Shown here piece by piece: positions 12,982 through 24,089 of a DNA stretch of 64,000 nt. Origin of the DNA: Antedon mediterranea (taxonomy: Eukaryota; Animalia; Echinodermata); contig NC_092671.1 of the NCBI RefSeq assembly GCF_964355755.1, positions 24,254,070-24,318,069 of the forward strand. Direction: 5' to 3'. The first letter of the stretch is position 1; the number at the start of each line of letters is the position of its first letter. The notes below the pieces were generated by a model. The model searched no databases. It worked only from the letters and a program-made list of their open reading frames with translations, and had not been told where the DNA came from. The position numbers and the translations under genes were made by a program.

Positions 12982-13279
12982 TTTATACTGGGTGACCTCT
13001 TCAGTCAAAGACTGATCTCCCAGAGGGCCCAGTTGGTGATCAGTGGCTGTGATGTACTAATACACCGGGGTAACCCCCTACTCGTCTCGAAAGATGTACT
13101 AGGTTCTTTAAAGTGCACACGAGCAAGTTGTGTACACTGGACCTACGGTTTATAGTCCTTATCCGAGAAGACTCGTTCTACCACCAGAACCATAGAGTGA
13201 GTGAGCCTCGAACCCCTGCCGATGTTATGGCTACGTGATTACGGTTCCACTGTCTTAACCGCTCGGCCACTCACTCACT
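12982..13279 (-). mobile_element. tRNA-derived SINE, family A copy 1
   Basis: Minus-strand head with A box TGGCCGAGCGG and B box GGTTCGAGGC; near-identical copy at 19273-19568. Confidence 0.85.
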
Positions 13280-13527
13280 AAAAATTTAGCAGTAGCAAAC
13301 AGCAATACTGATCGTATACCGCATATTTTTTCCGCCGGTAACACACACTACGCGACTATGGAATAAAAACAAGTTAGATAAAAAATATTTTGCAATAAAT
13401 GCTAAATAAGTCAATAAAACCACAATTTTCAAAAACAAATTTCATTTATCCACTATAAACTGTACAACAGTGTTGCTTAAACCACACTCCAGAAAAGAAA
13501 ATATTGAAATTTGCAGAAAGAAGCAAT

Positions 13528-13895
13528 TTTATTTTATTTATTTTATTTTATTTCAACCACATCCAACAGCGAAAAATCGCCAATTACAGGATGCCTTAAA
13601 ACTCTTAAGATATAAATATAGAATTAAAAGCACATAAAAATACAAAACATGAAACATACAAAATGGCAAACTTAAATCGATTTAAGAACTTTAGACTTAA
13701 ATTTGGACAAAGTGTCCAAAAAAATATTGATAGTCTTATCTTAAAAAGCTTGGATAATCTTGAATGAAACCATTTTTGGTTACGTTGACTCGACAACAGG
13801 CAAGGGAATATAAGTCGGTGTTGCGAGAGTTTGGTCGATTAATTTTGAGAGAAAAAAAAAATAAAATATTGCATTTAAAAAGGGAGTTGAAGCAT
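13528..13895 (-). mobile_element. LINE 3'-end fragment
   Basis: (TTTTA)n tail plus CATCCAACAGCGA..CGCCAATTACAGGATG shared with about 31540-31605; interrupts one arm of the fold-back. Confidence 0.55.
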
Positions 13896-14328
13896 TAACA
13901 CTGTTATTTCAAAGTTGGGAACGTCCATAATTATTACAGAATTTTGGCCCAATGACATGACATGGGAAATGAAGATATACCTTCGCTTGATGCACAAGCA
14001 ATCTAAACAGTCAGAAATTCATTCTGAGCATGTTCACAAAGATAATTATCTAAATATATATCTGTGCACGGTATTGTTGACTGCTGATTAATTGTACGCT
14101 GCGGTCTGTCAATTTACATAAAAGTTATGATTCTCTTATTTGTTTTCATGATCGCCAACCGAAACTGGCCGTGCATCCATATCAACACGAAAATATCAAT
14201 GCCTTGTGGGATTTAGCGGGCCGATTAAATTATTAGAATCAACTTATTTTTCACATTTTGAACAGTTTAAAGATGAAAAAAGTTATCGAAATAGGATCAT
14301 ATAGTATTTATTTTTACATAAAATGCAG

Positions 14329-15891
14329 CCTGCCCACATTGCGGGCAGCCTGCCCACATTGCGGGCAGCCTCAACATTGTGGCGGACGCTCTGTCCCGAC
14401 AAACACTGTGTCCTACGGAATGGCGCCTTCTACCCAGCATTGCCACACTGATATTCGACTACTTCGGGCGGCCTCATATAGATCTGTTTGCGACGTCAGA
14501 CAACACACAGCTCCCGATCTTCTGCACAAGGTTTCGGGGTGCGTGGGCGGTGGATGCCCTATCCATACCGTGGGACGGACTATGGGCTTATGCGTTTCCA
14601 CCGATTTCACTAATACCAACTGTTCTGATGCACATTCAGCGCCATCCTTGCCGGGTCCTTCTGATCGCCCCGGGCTGGGCTTGTCAAGCGTGGTATCCAC
14701 TGCTTCTCGACCTGCTCTACGATCATCCCCTGCGTCTTCCAGTTCGAGAGGATCTGCTGACGCAGGGCCGAGCTCTGTTCTCACTGCAGAACCTACAATC
14801 ACTGCGCCTGACTGTATGGCCATTGTCAGGGATCAGCTCCGAGACTCAGGCATTCCCTGTTGGGACGTCAATGTCGTCCTAGCCGCTCATATGCATCCCC
14901 CCTTCGAGCCCCTAGTAGGGCATCGCTTTACAACCTGTCTCTCAAAACTGCCTTTTTACTTGCACTAGCCTCGTGCAAACGCAGGGGTGAACTGCACGCG
15001 CTCTCTCTGGAGCCAGGGCACATCAGGTTTGAACGGGATGGCGCTCAGCTAGTGTTCAGGAAAGATTTCCTTGCAAAATCTCAGACATTGAACTTCTCGC
15101 CACCGACTGTGTTTATTCCCACCATTGCTGCATTTTCGGGGATTAAGGAAGACAGACTTTGGTGCCCAGTGTGGGCACTAAAATTCTATATCAAATGCAC
15201 AGAGTTCGTACGTGTCTCAGCGTCACATCTGTTCATTTCAACAGTTTCACCCTTCTGACCTGCTGCTCGGTCGACGATTGCAAACTGGGTCGTGGCACAC
15301 ATCCGGGCTGGCTGCGACTCCTCAGATATGCCTCCGGCACATATGTACCAAGTGCGTGGCATAGCTGCTTCATGGCCGCTGTTTGCTGAAAGCGAGCAGC
15401 ATGGTGGCGATCACAGTCTACTTTCACATCCCACTACCTGTCGAATACTTCCGCAAACCAGGCTTCTGTGGCAGCTTCAGTCCTGAAGCCAAGACACTAG
15501 GTATGTATGTGAACTTACCTTGCCTCCCGCCACCGACTAGATACTAGTCCGGTGCTACACTGGCTAATGTTGGTTTATCCAGGTAAGCTAGGCACGATAT
15601 AGACTACACAAACCAACAGTGGTGTTGGTACAGTAGTCTACGAGTGCCGCTTACCTGGATAAACGCCCTCCCTCCCTCGAAATGACGACGATGTTAAGTG
15701 GGTGTGTCCCACTTGAGGGCGTCCTGGTGGCGGACTGATCCATTATCCGACGGGGGTGTAAAAAAAGAAAATTTTATTAATGTTCTTCTTTTCGTAATGT
15801 TTACATCTCGTTGGAGAGAGAGGCTAATGTTGGTTTATCTAGGTAAGCGGCACTCATAGACTACCAACACCACTGTTGGTTTGTGTAATTT
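14329..15891 (+). mobile_element. 5'-truncated, internally deleted DIRS tyrosine-recombinase retrotransposon
   Basis: RNase H end and methyltransferase-like region (ADALSR, IDLFAT, YAFPP, LLIAPGW..QAWY) in ORF 14379-14882; YR motif LKTAFLLALASCKRRGELHAL in ORF 14860-15258; ICR at about 15606-15664 complementary to terminal repeat 15833-15886; ends AATTT. Confidence 0.9.
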
Positions 15892-15974
15892 CAGTTTACT
15901 TGTTACTTTATCTTAATACTGCTCGCCGGCTTTTTAAAAATTATCTCCCATCTTTTAACACCTAATAGCAGATC

Positions 15975-16920
15975 TGAAAATAATATCATTTTTGTTGTCT
16001 ATTACATGTGATTAGCTTACCTGGATGAACCAACATAGGCCTTTCCCCCTTTCAGGGGATAACATAACCTGAAAAGTAAAAATCTTCCCTGAACTCTCCT
16101 CCAAGACAGTGGTAATGCCAATGCATACCTCATCATTCCACGAGACGCTTGTAAAGTGGAGACAGCCCGCGAAATTTACCTCGGCATTCGGCAATGCCGA
16201 GGTAAATGCCGAGGTCCTGCCAGCTTACCACGGCATTGATTTGCCGAGGCTCTTTTTATTGATTTAGGCCTTGGAGTAAAATCAAGGCTACCACATACAC
16301 AGCAAATAAATAGTTTTATGCCTATTACAGTTTTTTTTAAATTTACCTTCGTTACAAGTGAATTAAATATATCTTAAAATATTTGTACGTTGGAGTTATT
16401 ATTAGGCCTAGGCCTACACTGGTTTTATTTTACACACAAGATAGGGCCGGACAGAGAGAGGCGAGGCCAGCGACCGCTCCGGCGTTTACAACAACAACGA
16501 ACCACGCTCAGCTCTATCGTCGTGTGATGTGAGTTTAGTGAGGCATGACAAATCACATGACTTATTGTTACTTGGCTGAGAGAATGGAAGAGTCCAACTT
16601 GTATTGGGGATTGAAAACCGCGTGGTTTGTTTGCGTGGTTATTATTTAGAGAGCAAGCCGCGCCGCAAATGCGCTGTACATTATCAACACAGCTATTTTT
16701 AGGTACAGTACAGTTAATGTGTGTGTGATTGAATACTAAAAATAGCTTTGGGGGCTGAACAAAAAAAATGCCGACGTGTTGCCGAGGTGGGCTTCGTTTA
16801 CGTCGGCATTTTTTTGCCGAGGTCATTTCGTCCCAATTTCGAGGGCTGTGGGGAGGAGGGAGGGTTGTTCATCCAGGTACTGACGTCACAACTATTCCAT
16901 TAACTCTACCAAATACAGTT
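15975..16920 (-). mobile_element. 3' end of a second, related DIRS-like element, tail-to-tail with the first
   Basis: 16014-16041 resembles the reverse complement of the first element's terminal repeat and 16850-16880 the reverse complement of its ICR end; spacing matches once the MITE is removed. Confidence 0.5.
16163..16848. mobile_element. hAT-like MITE
   Basis: TIR CAGCCCGCGAAATT...AATTTCGAGGGCTG, subterminal CCTCGGCA/TGCCGAGG repeats; TSD not clean. Confidence 0.65.
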
Positions 16921-17348
16921 TAAAGATCACGATATGTGCACCAGCTTCACTGGAAATACATAATTTCCAGTGAAGATGTCCGCCTCCAATACTAATTAGT
17001 AATAAGTAATTTCAGTTTAAATGTTTGATTCATAATATAAAACAAAATAGTGGGTCTATTATAGGCATTGGTGCTTCTACAACATTACTTTTGCCTAGTA
17101 TTAGTTTTAACAAGAAACTGTAAATAAAAGGAATTGAAAGCATTTATATTATTTAATTTATAGATAGATTAATTTATTAATTAGTTTTTTAAACTGAAAA
17201 TTTATTCAATATTTTTTTCTTTTAAATTGTTTATATTAATATAAAATAACATGAACATATAATGTGTACTATCCTATAATAGGCAACTGTAGCTTTGTAA
17301 GTTGTCAGTATATAATCAAAATACTGTTTCTTTCTAGGATTGAGAAAA

Positions 17349-17471
17349 ATGGAATATGCTGATTGCATACATTATGCCTATGGCGATATGATTCTCTATA
17401 TATTGAGCGATCAAACTACTCTCATTTATTTCTGTACACTGCAATCATACTGTATAGGTCTACATAACTAA
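17349..17471 (+). promoter_or_regulatory. 40-codon upstream ORF in the PLD 5' UTR
   Basis: AAAATGG context; open to TAA at 17469-17471, 2 nt before the main ATG; lies inside the exon beginning at 17338 (tttctttctag|). Confidence 0.6.
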
Positions 17472-17473
17472 CC

Positions 17474-17870
17474 ATGGGAAATTCTTTTCAAAGGGACAAT
17501 TTAGATGAACAACTTTTACCAATGGATGGAGAGGTAGGTGGTTGTGGAAGTCGAAGATCATCTTACGGTGCAACTGAAGAAGACCAACATTATGGTGTTT
17601 GTGATCTTATGCCACCAGAACAATTAACAAAACAATTAATAACACCAGTAAAACACAACCCACCAAAACTTGTAATAATGAAAGATGAGGTACCTGAAAT
17701 TGAAAATGAGGTCACTCAACAGTTGTCTTATGGAACATTTCCAGAGGATAGGGTGTGCCCTATTGAAGCAGTGTCTGCTGTATCTCTTACTAGTCCTCTT
17801 GACAAATTGAATGCACAAGGAAATTGGTCGAATGATGTTACTTCTTGTGATAGCGATGATGGTGTTAAAG
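17474..17870 (+). CDS. PLD1: Phospholipase D (PLD1/2 family) coding exon 1, divergent N-terminus
   Basis: ACCATGG Kozak, open frame MGNSFQ...DSDDGVK, donor AAG|GTAGGT, phase 1 joins in frame to exon 36290. Confidence 0.75.
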
Positions 17871-18977
17871 GTAGGTTTATAATTAATGAGTTTTCTAGCT
17901 TAAAATTGATTTAATCAATAATGATTCCTTTTGATGTATCACTTGCAAAGATAACATTATAAGTACAAAAAGAAATTGCAGTAATAATTAATAGTCATTC
18001 ATCATACATTATGTAGTCTGATTGGCTTATTTATTAAAATATAAATTATTCACAAAATTGCATAATTATAGTTGGGAATCAATTTGTAAATTATAAACAG
18101 TATGAATGTTTTAGTGAATATTGGTAAACTATAAAGTAAATCTACATATGTTGCCAATCTGACAAGATTTAAAAGTATTCTGTAATATTTCTTCTATAGT
18201 TATTGTAACTTAGGACCTAAGCTTTCCTACTACAGGTACAACACATGTTTACGATGCTTTACAAAATTTTAAGATTTTGTTTTGTGATAATGAAATATGA
18301 TTTTTATTTAATACAAAACTAATAGCGGTAATACTGTAACTTTTGCTATAATTTATCCAAGAAATTTATGATGATGACCTGCTGATGGTCCACTATAAAA
18401 AGAGTAATAAACCTCCTATAGTAGTAGTATTAATATTATGTGAATTAAATGTTCATATCATTTATTTATTCCATTAGCAATGCCAAAGCTATATTGTATT
18501 TTGATAATAGAAAACACCTGTTTTCCCATGAGTTTCAAGATTTGCTTTTCTCAACAGTTACAACACTGTTGCACAGATTGAGACCAAAACAAAACATCCA
18601 TCCATCAATGTTTATATAATTAATAAATAAAAATGATATTAATTAGAATGCATCATATTTAAACCGTATTATGACTACTACATATTTTTATGCGTATTTT
18701 TGAAAGACTATTACTGTAATATTTTAGCACTTCCCCATTTTAAAAATGCATCAACAGTGCTTTTTTCCAAAAACATTATATTTAATTGAAGAATTTATTA
18801 ATAAATGATTAACAACACCTGATTTGAAAACATAACAATTGTTACTGCTGGGAATATGGTACGGCAGCAGAAACGGTCTTATAAAAAATATACCGTATAA
18901 CAGTCCAAGTACTTTCACTTGCATTGCACTGATGAAGGGCTAGTGTTGCCCCTTATTGTCAGGATCTTTTTTTTTTT

Positions 18978-19260
18978 TTGGTTATCCGCACTTGGCGAAT
19001 AACCCCTTGTTTTTGTCAGGATCTGTTTTTTTTCCTATCTCATTCTTCTTTCTTTCCCAGAATTTTCACGTGTATCTCTAATTCTTATCAACATAACATT
19101 GTATAACTTCATCAGGGAAGTTTTATGACTTTAGAGTCGCGCAGCGTAAGTTACGCGCAATTCTATGAATTTCGCGTATTTAACATAGATCGAAAACCAT
19201 ATAAATTATACTGTCAAATTATAGAAACAGTGCTCATATTTGGAACATTGATTGAATTGA
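18978..19260 (+). mobile_element. Helentron/DINE-like element 5' portion
   Basis: T-run then hairpin GTTATCCGCACTTGGCGAATAAC; the same end occurs inverted at about 29890-29918. Confidence 0.55.
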
Positions 19261-19272
19261 TTGAAATATATA

Positions 19273-19568
19273 TTTATACTGGGTAACCTCTTCAGTCAAA
19301 GACTGGTCTCCCAGAGGGCCCAGTTGGTGATCAGTGGCTGTGATGTACTAACACACCGGGGTAACCCCCTACTCGTCTCGAAAGATGTACTAGGTTCTTT
19401 AAAGTGCACACGAGCTAGATGTGTACACTGGACCTACGGTTTATAGTCCTTATCCGAGAAGACTCGTTCTACCACCAGAACCATGGAGTGAGTGAGCCTC
19501 GAACCCATGCCGATGTTATGGCTACGTAATTACGGTTCCACTGTCTTAACCGCTCGGCCACTCACTCA
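19273..19568 (-). mobile_element. tRNA-derived SINE, family A copy 2 (diverged + strand relative at about 39405-39640)
   Basis: Near-identical to 12982-13279. Confidence 0.85.
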
Positions 19569-21639
19569 TAATCGCGTCGAGCATAGCATAAATAGCATAA
19601 ATTAATCAACTAAACTATTTGACTATGCATACATAGCGCCCTCATTTGGTATTCGTCCTCTATGTGATGAAAGACTTTTTGTGATTAGTCAATACTCACG
19701 GCGGTAGTAATCTGGTACATGCAGCGCGCTAAACATCCGGTTATTCAGCTCGAAAAAGACAAATTATTATTTATTCGGCCTACAGTACCTGATAATTATA
19801 TTATTATTATTAATGTAGGCTTATTGATTAATGTAGGCTTATTTATCTCTTTATTTTCACTCCCAATAAATGAGGGTGCATTCTGGCTACTATTGTTTTT
19901 ATTACATGAAATAGAAAAAGAGCACAACAGTCGGAAATACATACACGCTGTATATTTATCTCGATCTTTTGTGGATATTATGGTATATATTCCAATATAT
20001 ACCATGCATTTCTTCACCATTTCCGCTGCCTTCAAAATATACTATTTTGTTTACCTATGACAGAAAGGTTTGTTGTTCATATGTGGAATAACAGCTAAAA
20101 TGTAATGGTGGACCGCAAATATTACATTATTTGCTATACATCATTAACAAAAAACGCACTCAAACGAATACAACTTTTTGGATGGGATTTGAGAGATTAT
20201 TTAGCCTAGCTATCCCTCCCCCAATCTGTACTTTTGACGAAACACATTTTGGGTAATGAAAGCTAACTTTTTAACAGTTCTCTCACAAAGTAGTTTCCAT
20301 TAGGAAAACGAGGCCTATTTAACGTGAGCTTTTAGTACCCCGGCTAACCCGGGGTACTATAATTGCCTGTAATTGTTTTGACCCTGATCAGTCTTGTTGA
20401 TGGGTAATTAACAGAACAGTGGCCATCAATCATGCAGGAAAGTATCTGGGTACTAAAAGAGGCCAAGCCCACTTTGTTTGCCAACAGCCAATCACCGACA
20501 GCATCAGGTTTCAGTTACAGCATGTTTTAATGATTAGGTAATAGTTTGATTTCATGAGATAAATGATAGCCTTTTCACGCCTTATAATTATTTAAGTAAG
20601 CCTTTATTTCCATGTTTCCTTTTTGATTTTGTACATTTTAACAACATTGTATGGGGAGCTACAAAGTTCAACCTTAGTTTGAGTAGTCAAGCGATCAACC
20701 AATTACAATTGAATAATTTTAATTTTATTAATTTACCAATGAAATACATAGCCTACTACAAATTGATTCTGAAATAAACTGGGATGGTGCGATGAGATTT
20801 GGTAGGGATGTCAAGAGGTACACCATCACATCAGACTCGGGCTGAGGTATAGGCAGGGAGTTGTTATTAATAACAACTCCCTGGTATAGGTAGGCCTACA
20901 ATTTTTGAGAATATGAGCTGGAAATTCAAATAAAATAATGTAGCCGTAGGGGGTGGTACCCATACGCTTCCCAAAAAGTGTTTGCGCTATATTAGTATAG
21001 GACCAGATATATGAATTAATTAATAATACTAAACAATCTAAAAAATAAATCTTTTTATTTAAAAAAATGTAATTGAATGAATGTTAATAAACATAAACGA
21101 AACCCATATAAATAACAATCTTTTTTATTGTGTAATAACAAGTTGATGTTATACGATATTATAATAGAGGGATTATGCCTCATTTTAGTTGTTTATGTTA
21201 TTCTAAGAAAACTGCACATAGGCCTACATACATTATGTTCACTTTAGCACTCTAGTATTTTAAAACATTGATGACTAGCAATTATACACGCCCGGGCGGG
21301 TTTCCTATGTAGATTTAAAACTTCACAGTACATTCCCGATCATTTGATAACTCATTATCCAGATGCCCTAAAATGCACCCACCTCCCCAACACACACCCG
21401 CACTCGGGGATTTTTTAACTTATAATGTTAAACTTCCTGGTACAAATTCTATTGCAAACCCCGGCTCTATGACGGTTTTCAAATGCAGTTAAAACATACC
21501 CCCAGTTCACATTACTCATGTGGTCATTGATACTAACCCCAGCAAATCACTAAGCCTCCAACCCATCTAACCTCTGCACACTGTGATTTTTTAAAATATA
21601 GTTTGAAACCTTCCCAGTACAATTGTGGTCATACAATCA

Positions 21640-22262
21640 CGAAATATTGTGCTACCTACATTTGAGAAAGTGTGCAATCCATTAAAAAAATTGTGCTCCT
21701 CTTTGAGAAATTGTGCAATATGCAACATTCAGGAAATTATGCTACCTTTTTGAGAAATAATTGTGCTAACCATTCGGGAAATTGTGCTACCTCTTTGAGA
21801 AATTGTGCTACCTCTTTGAGAAATTGTGCTAACCATTCGGGAAATTGTGCTACCTCTTTGAGAAATTGTGCTAACCATTCGAGAAATTGTGCTACCCATT
21901 CGTGAAATTGTGCTACCTCTTTGAGAAATTGTGCTAATCATTCGGGAAATTGTGCTACCTCTTTGAGAAATTGTGCAATCCATTCCGGAAATTGTGCTAC
22001 CTCTTTGAGAAATTATGCAATCCATTCGGGAGATTTTGTGCTACCTCTTTGAGAAATTGTGCTAACCATTCGGGAAACTGTGCTACCTCTTTGAGAAATT
22101 GTACTAATCATTCGGGAAATTATGCTACCTCTTTGAGAAATTGTGCTAACCATTCGGGAAATTGTGCTACCTCTTTGAGAAATTGTGCAATCCCTTCCGG
22201 AAGTTGTGCTACCTCTTTGAGAAATTGTACGTACGGTATACCTATTTGAGAAATTGTGCTAT
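21640..22262. repeat. 21-bp minisatellite with two alternating variants
   Basis: GAAATTGTGCTACCTCTTTGA and GAAATTGTGCTAACCATTCGG units, mostly alternating. Confidence 0.95.
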
Positions 22263-22415
22263 CTTTTTCACATTTTTTCATCCCCTTCATAATCCATATT
22301 CCTATATCTTACCATGCACCAACTCATATTCCAAATGTTAAAGGATACAAGATATACTGTGACGGGATTTAATATATGTGCCAACAATATTTTATCGCAT
22401 TATGCAGATTCACAT

Positions 22416-23162
22416 TTTTAGTCGCGTGGACGCGACTCTATAGTTCACTATGTCGGTCGGTCTGTCGGTCTGTCTGTCTGTCGGTCCGGTATCACTATGC
22501 ATGTTATCGCTTTCTGACCTTATCTTGATATCAGTTTAATCTAGCTAAGTCAATTTTTCACAGTATATTCCTTATGGCCAGGAATCGATGTGGTTATGTT
22601 TTCACGGTGCGCAATAAAAAATTACGCGGTCTACGCACGATTTAACGAAATCACGTTTGTAATCATATCTTCACAACCATGAATTACAATTAAATAAAAT
22701 TTGGTACTCATAAATTTTAGGGCATAAATCATCATATGGCAATACAATTACGTGCGTAGCGCATGTAACGCATGCGTACGCGCGCTTAAAATTTTCAAAA
22801 TTTATTTTCGATGAAATAAGAGTACGTTTCAGGCAATTTTAAGCGTTTACAAAATTGCCATGAGTGCGCAGATTTTTGCGCGCGCACTGCGCGTTAAATG
22901 TTATTGCGCACTCTTTTTGCCCGATTTCTGTTTTCTTGACTTACTTTTCAACTAGAAATTACGTTATATGAGCACGTCAAAAGTGACAGGCTACGCACGT
23001 GTAAATTAAAAAAATATAAATGTTTTTAAACATTTCAACATTTTTACACATGTTCAGTAATTTCGATCAGTATAGTTCACTATGTCTGTCGGTCTGTCTG
23101 TCGGTCGGTCTGGTATCACTATGCATTGTAGCACACGACTTAATGGCTGTTGGCCTTGTTTT
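22416..23162 (+). mobile_element. Helentron-associated non-autonomous element (HINE/DINE-1-like)
   Basis: TTTTAGTCGCGTGGACGCGACT hairpin start, (GTCK)n microsatellite, internal duplication at about 23070-23130, GGCCTTGTT end in a T-run. Confidence 0.75.
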
Positions 23163-24089
23163 TTAACGGACAGGAATTTTTAAAGAATATATACTCTATA
23201 AAATTTAATTCAAATTAGGCCCATAATATATGTTTGTATGGCAGTTGTTAATTTTCAAATTAAAATAAATATATAACATGCACATACAGATTTTATTCAG
23301 TGTATTAATTACAGTATCTGATTTTTTAGTTAATAGTTAAAATAATGATATCCTGGCCTATAACAAAAATGTTCCATCTGTAACATTAACAACCATTTTT
23401 TAATATTTACTTAGACCTAATCTATTGATTACAATTCAGGAGTTACAAATTAAGAGTTAACATTTTTGGTATCATTACTTACACAACTTAGACAAACAAA
23501 TGTCACATTAATGTGTAATAAAAACTGAACTATTATGTATTGAGAAAAACATAAATATATATTTCCTCCATAAATGTGCATACAATTGGGGTATACTCAA
23601 GAAAAGGGGTTTATAATTGAGACATAAAGTAACTATTATAAAATATGATTATAAAATACAGTATTTAATTGTTTGCTTATAATTTGAAATAGTATTACTG
23701 TACTCTAGGCCTATATATTTAACATTAGAGGGGTGGCAAATCCATAGAGATCATTTTGAGATCTCAGCTGAAGAACATGAAATAGTTTATAAATATAGTT
23801 TTAATTTCAAAACAAAAGTTTTTGCTTTTCCAGCGATTTTAGTCTGGGTGCACAAAACGCAAATTTTTAATTTAAACTCATCTCTACAGTTCATTCTTTG
23901 GCTCCCTGCTGTTAGATTAGAACTGACCTTGCTAACCACAAGGCCACTTGCATTCTTTAATTTTGTGTGCAAAAAATTTACCCATGGTATAATGGTGGTT
24001 TCTAAATACAATGAGTGACCAATTCCTAAATAGGCTGTGCATTGCAGCCAATCAGAAGCAAGGAAGGCTGAGCCTGGAAGATGAACAAG

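Larger units (their letters stand above)
11441..14328. mobile_element. Older fold-back element with long inverted arms; right end truncated at a DIRS fragment
   Basis: 11441-11650 is the reverse complement of 14120-14328; about 12118-12600 is the reverse complement of 13283-14120 apart from a LINE insert; superfamily not assignable. Confidence 0.8.

Noticed and set aside
13190-13279. Genuine tRNA gene (also about 19480-19568, 36703-36775, 49927-49995, 61753-61815)
   Set aside because: A/B boxes are present but cloverleafs are imperfect and each continues into a SINE body
14258-14968. 236-aa and antisense 136-aa ORFs as independent genes
   Set aside because: Overlapping frames of the GC-rich DIRS region; the + frame likely includes the overlapping recombinase ORF N-terminus
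21640-22262. CRISPR-like array, and repetitive ORFs 21672-22249
   Set aside because: Variable parts are only about 9 bp and recur rather than being unique spacers; no cas genes; eukaryotic intron; the ORFs are by-products of the 21-bp period
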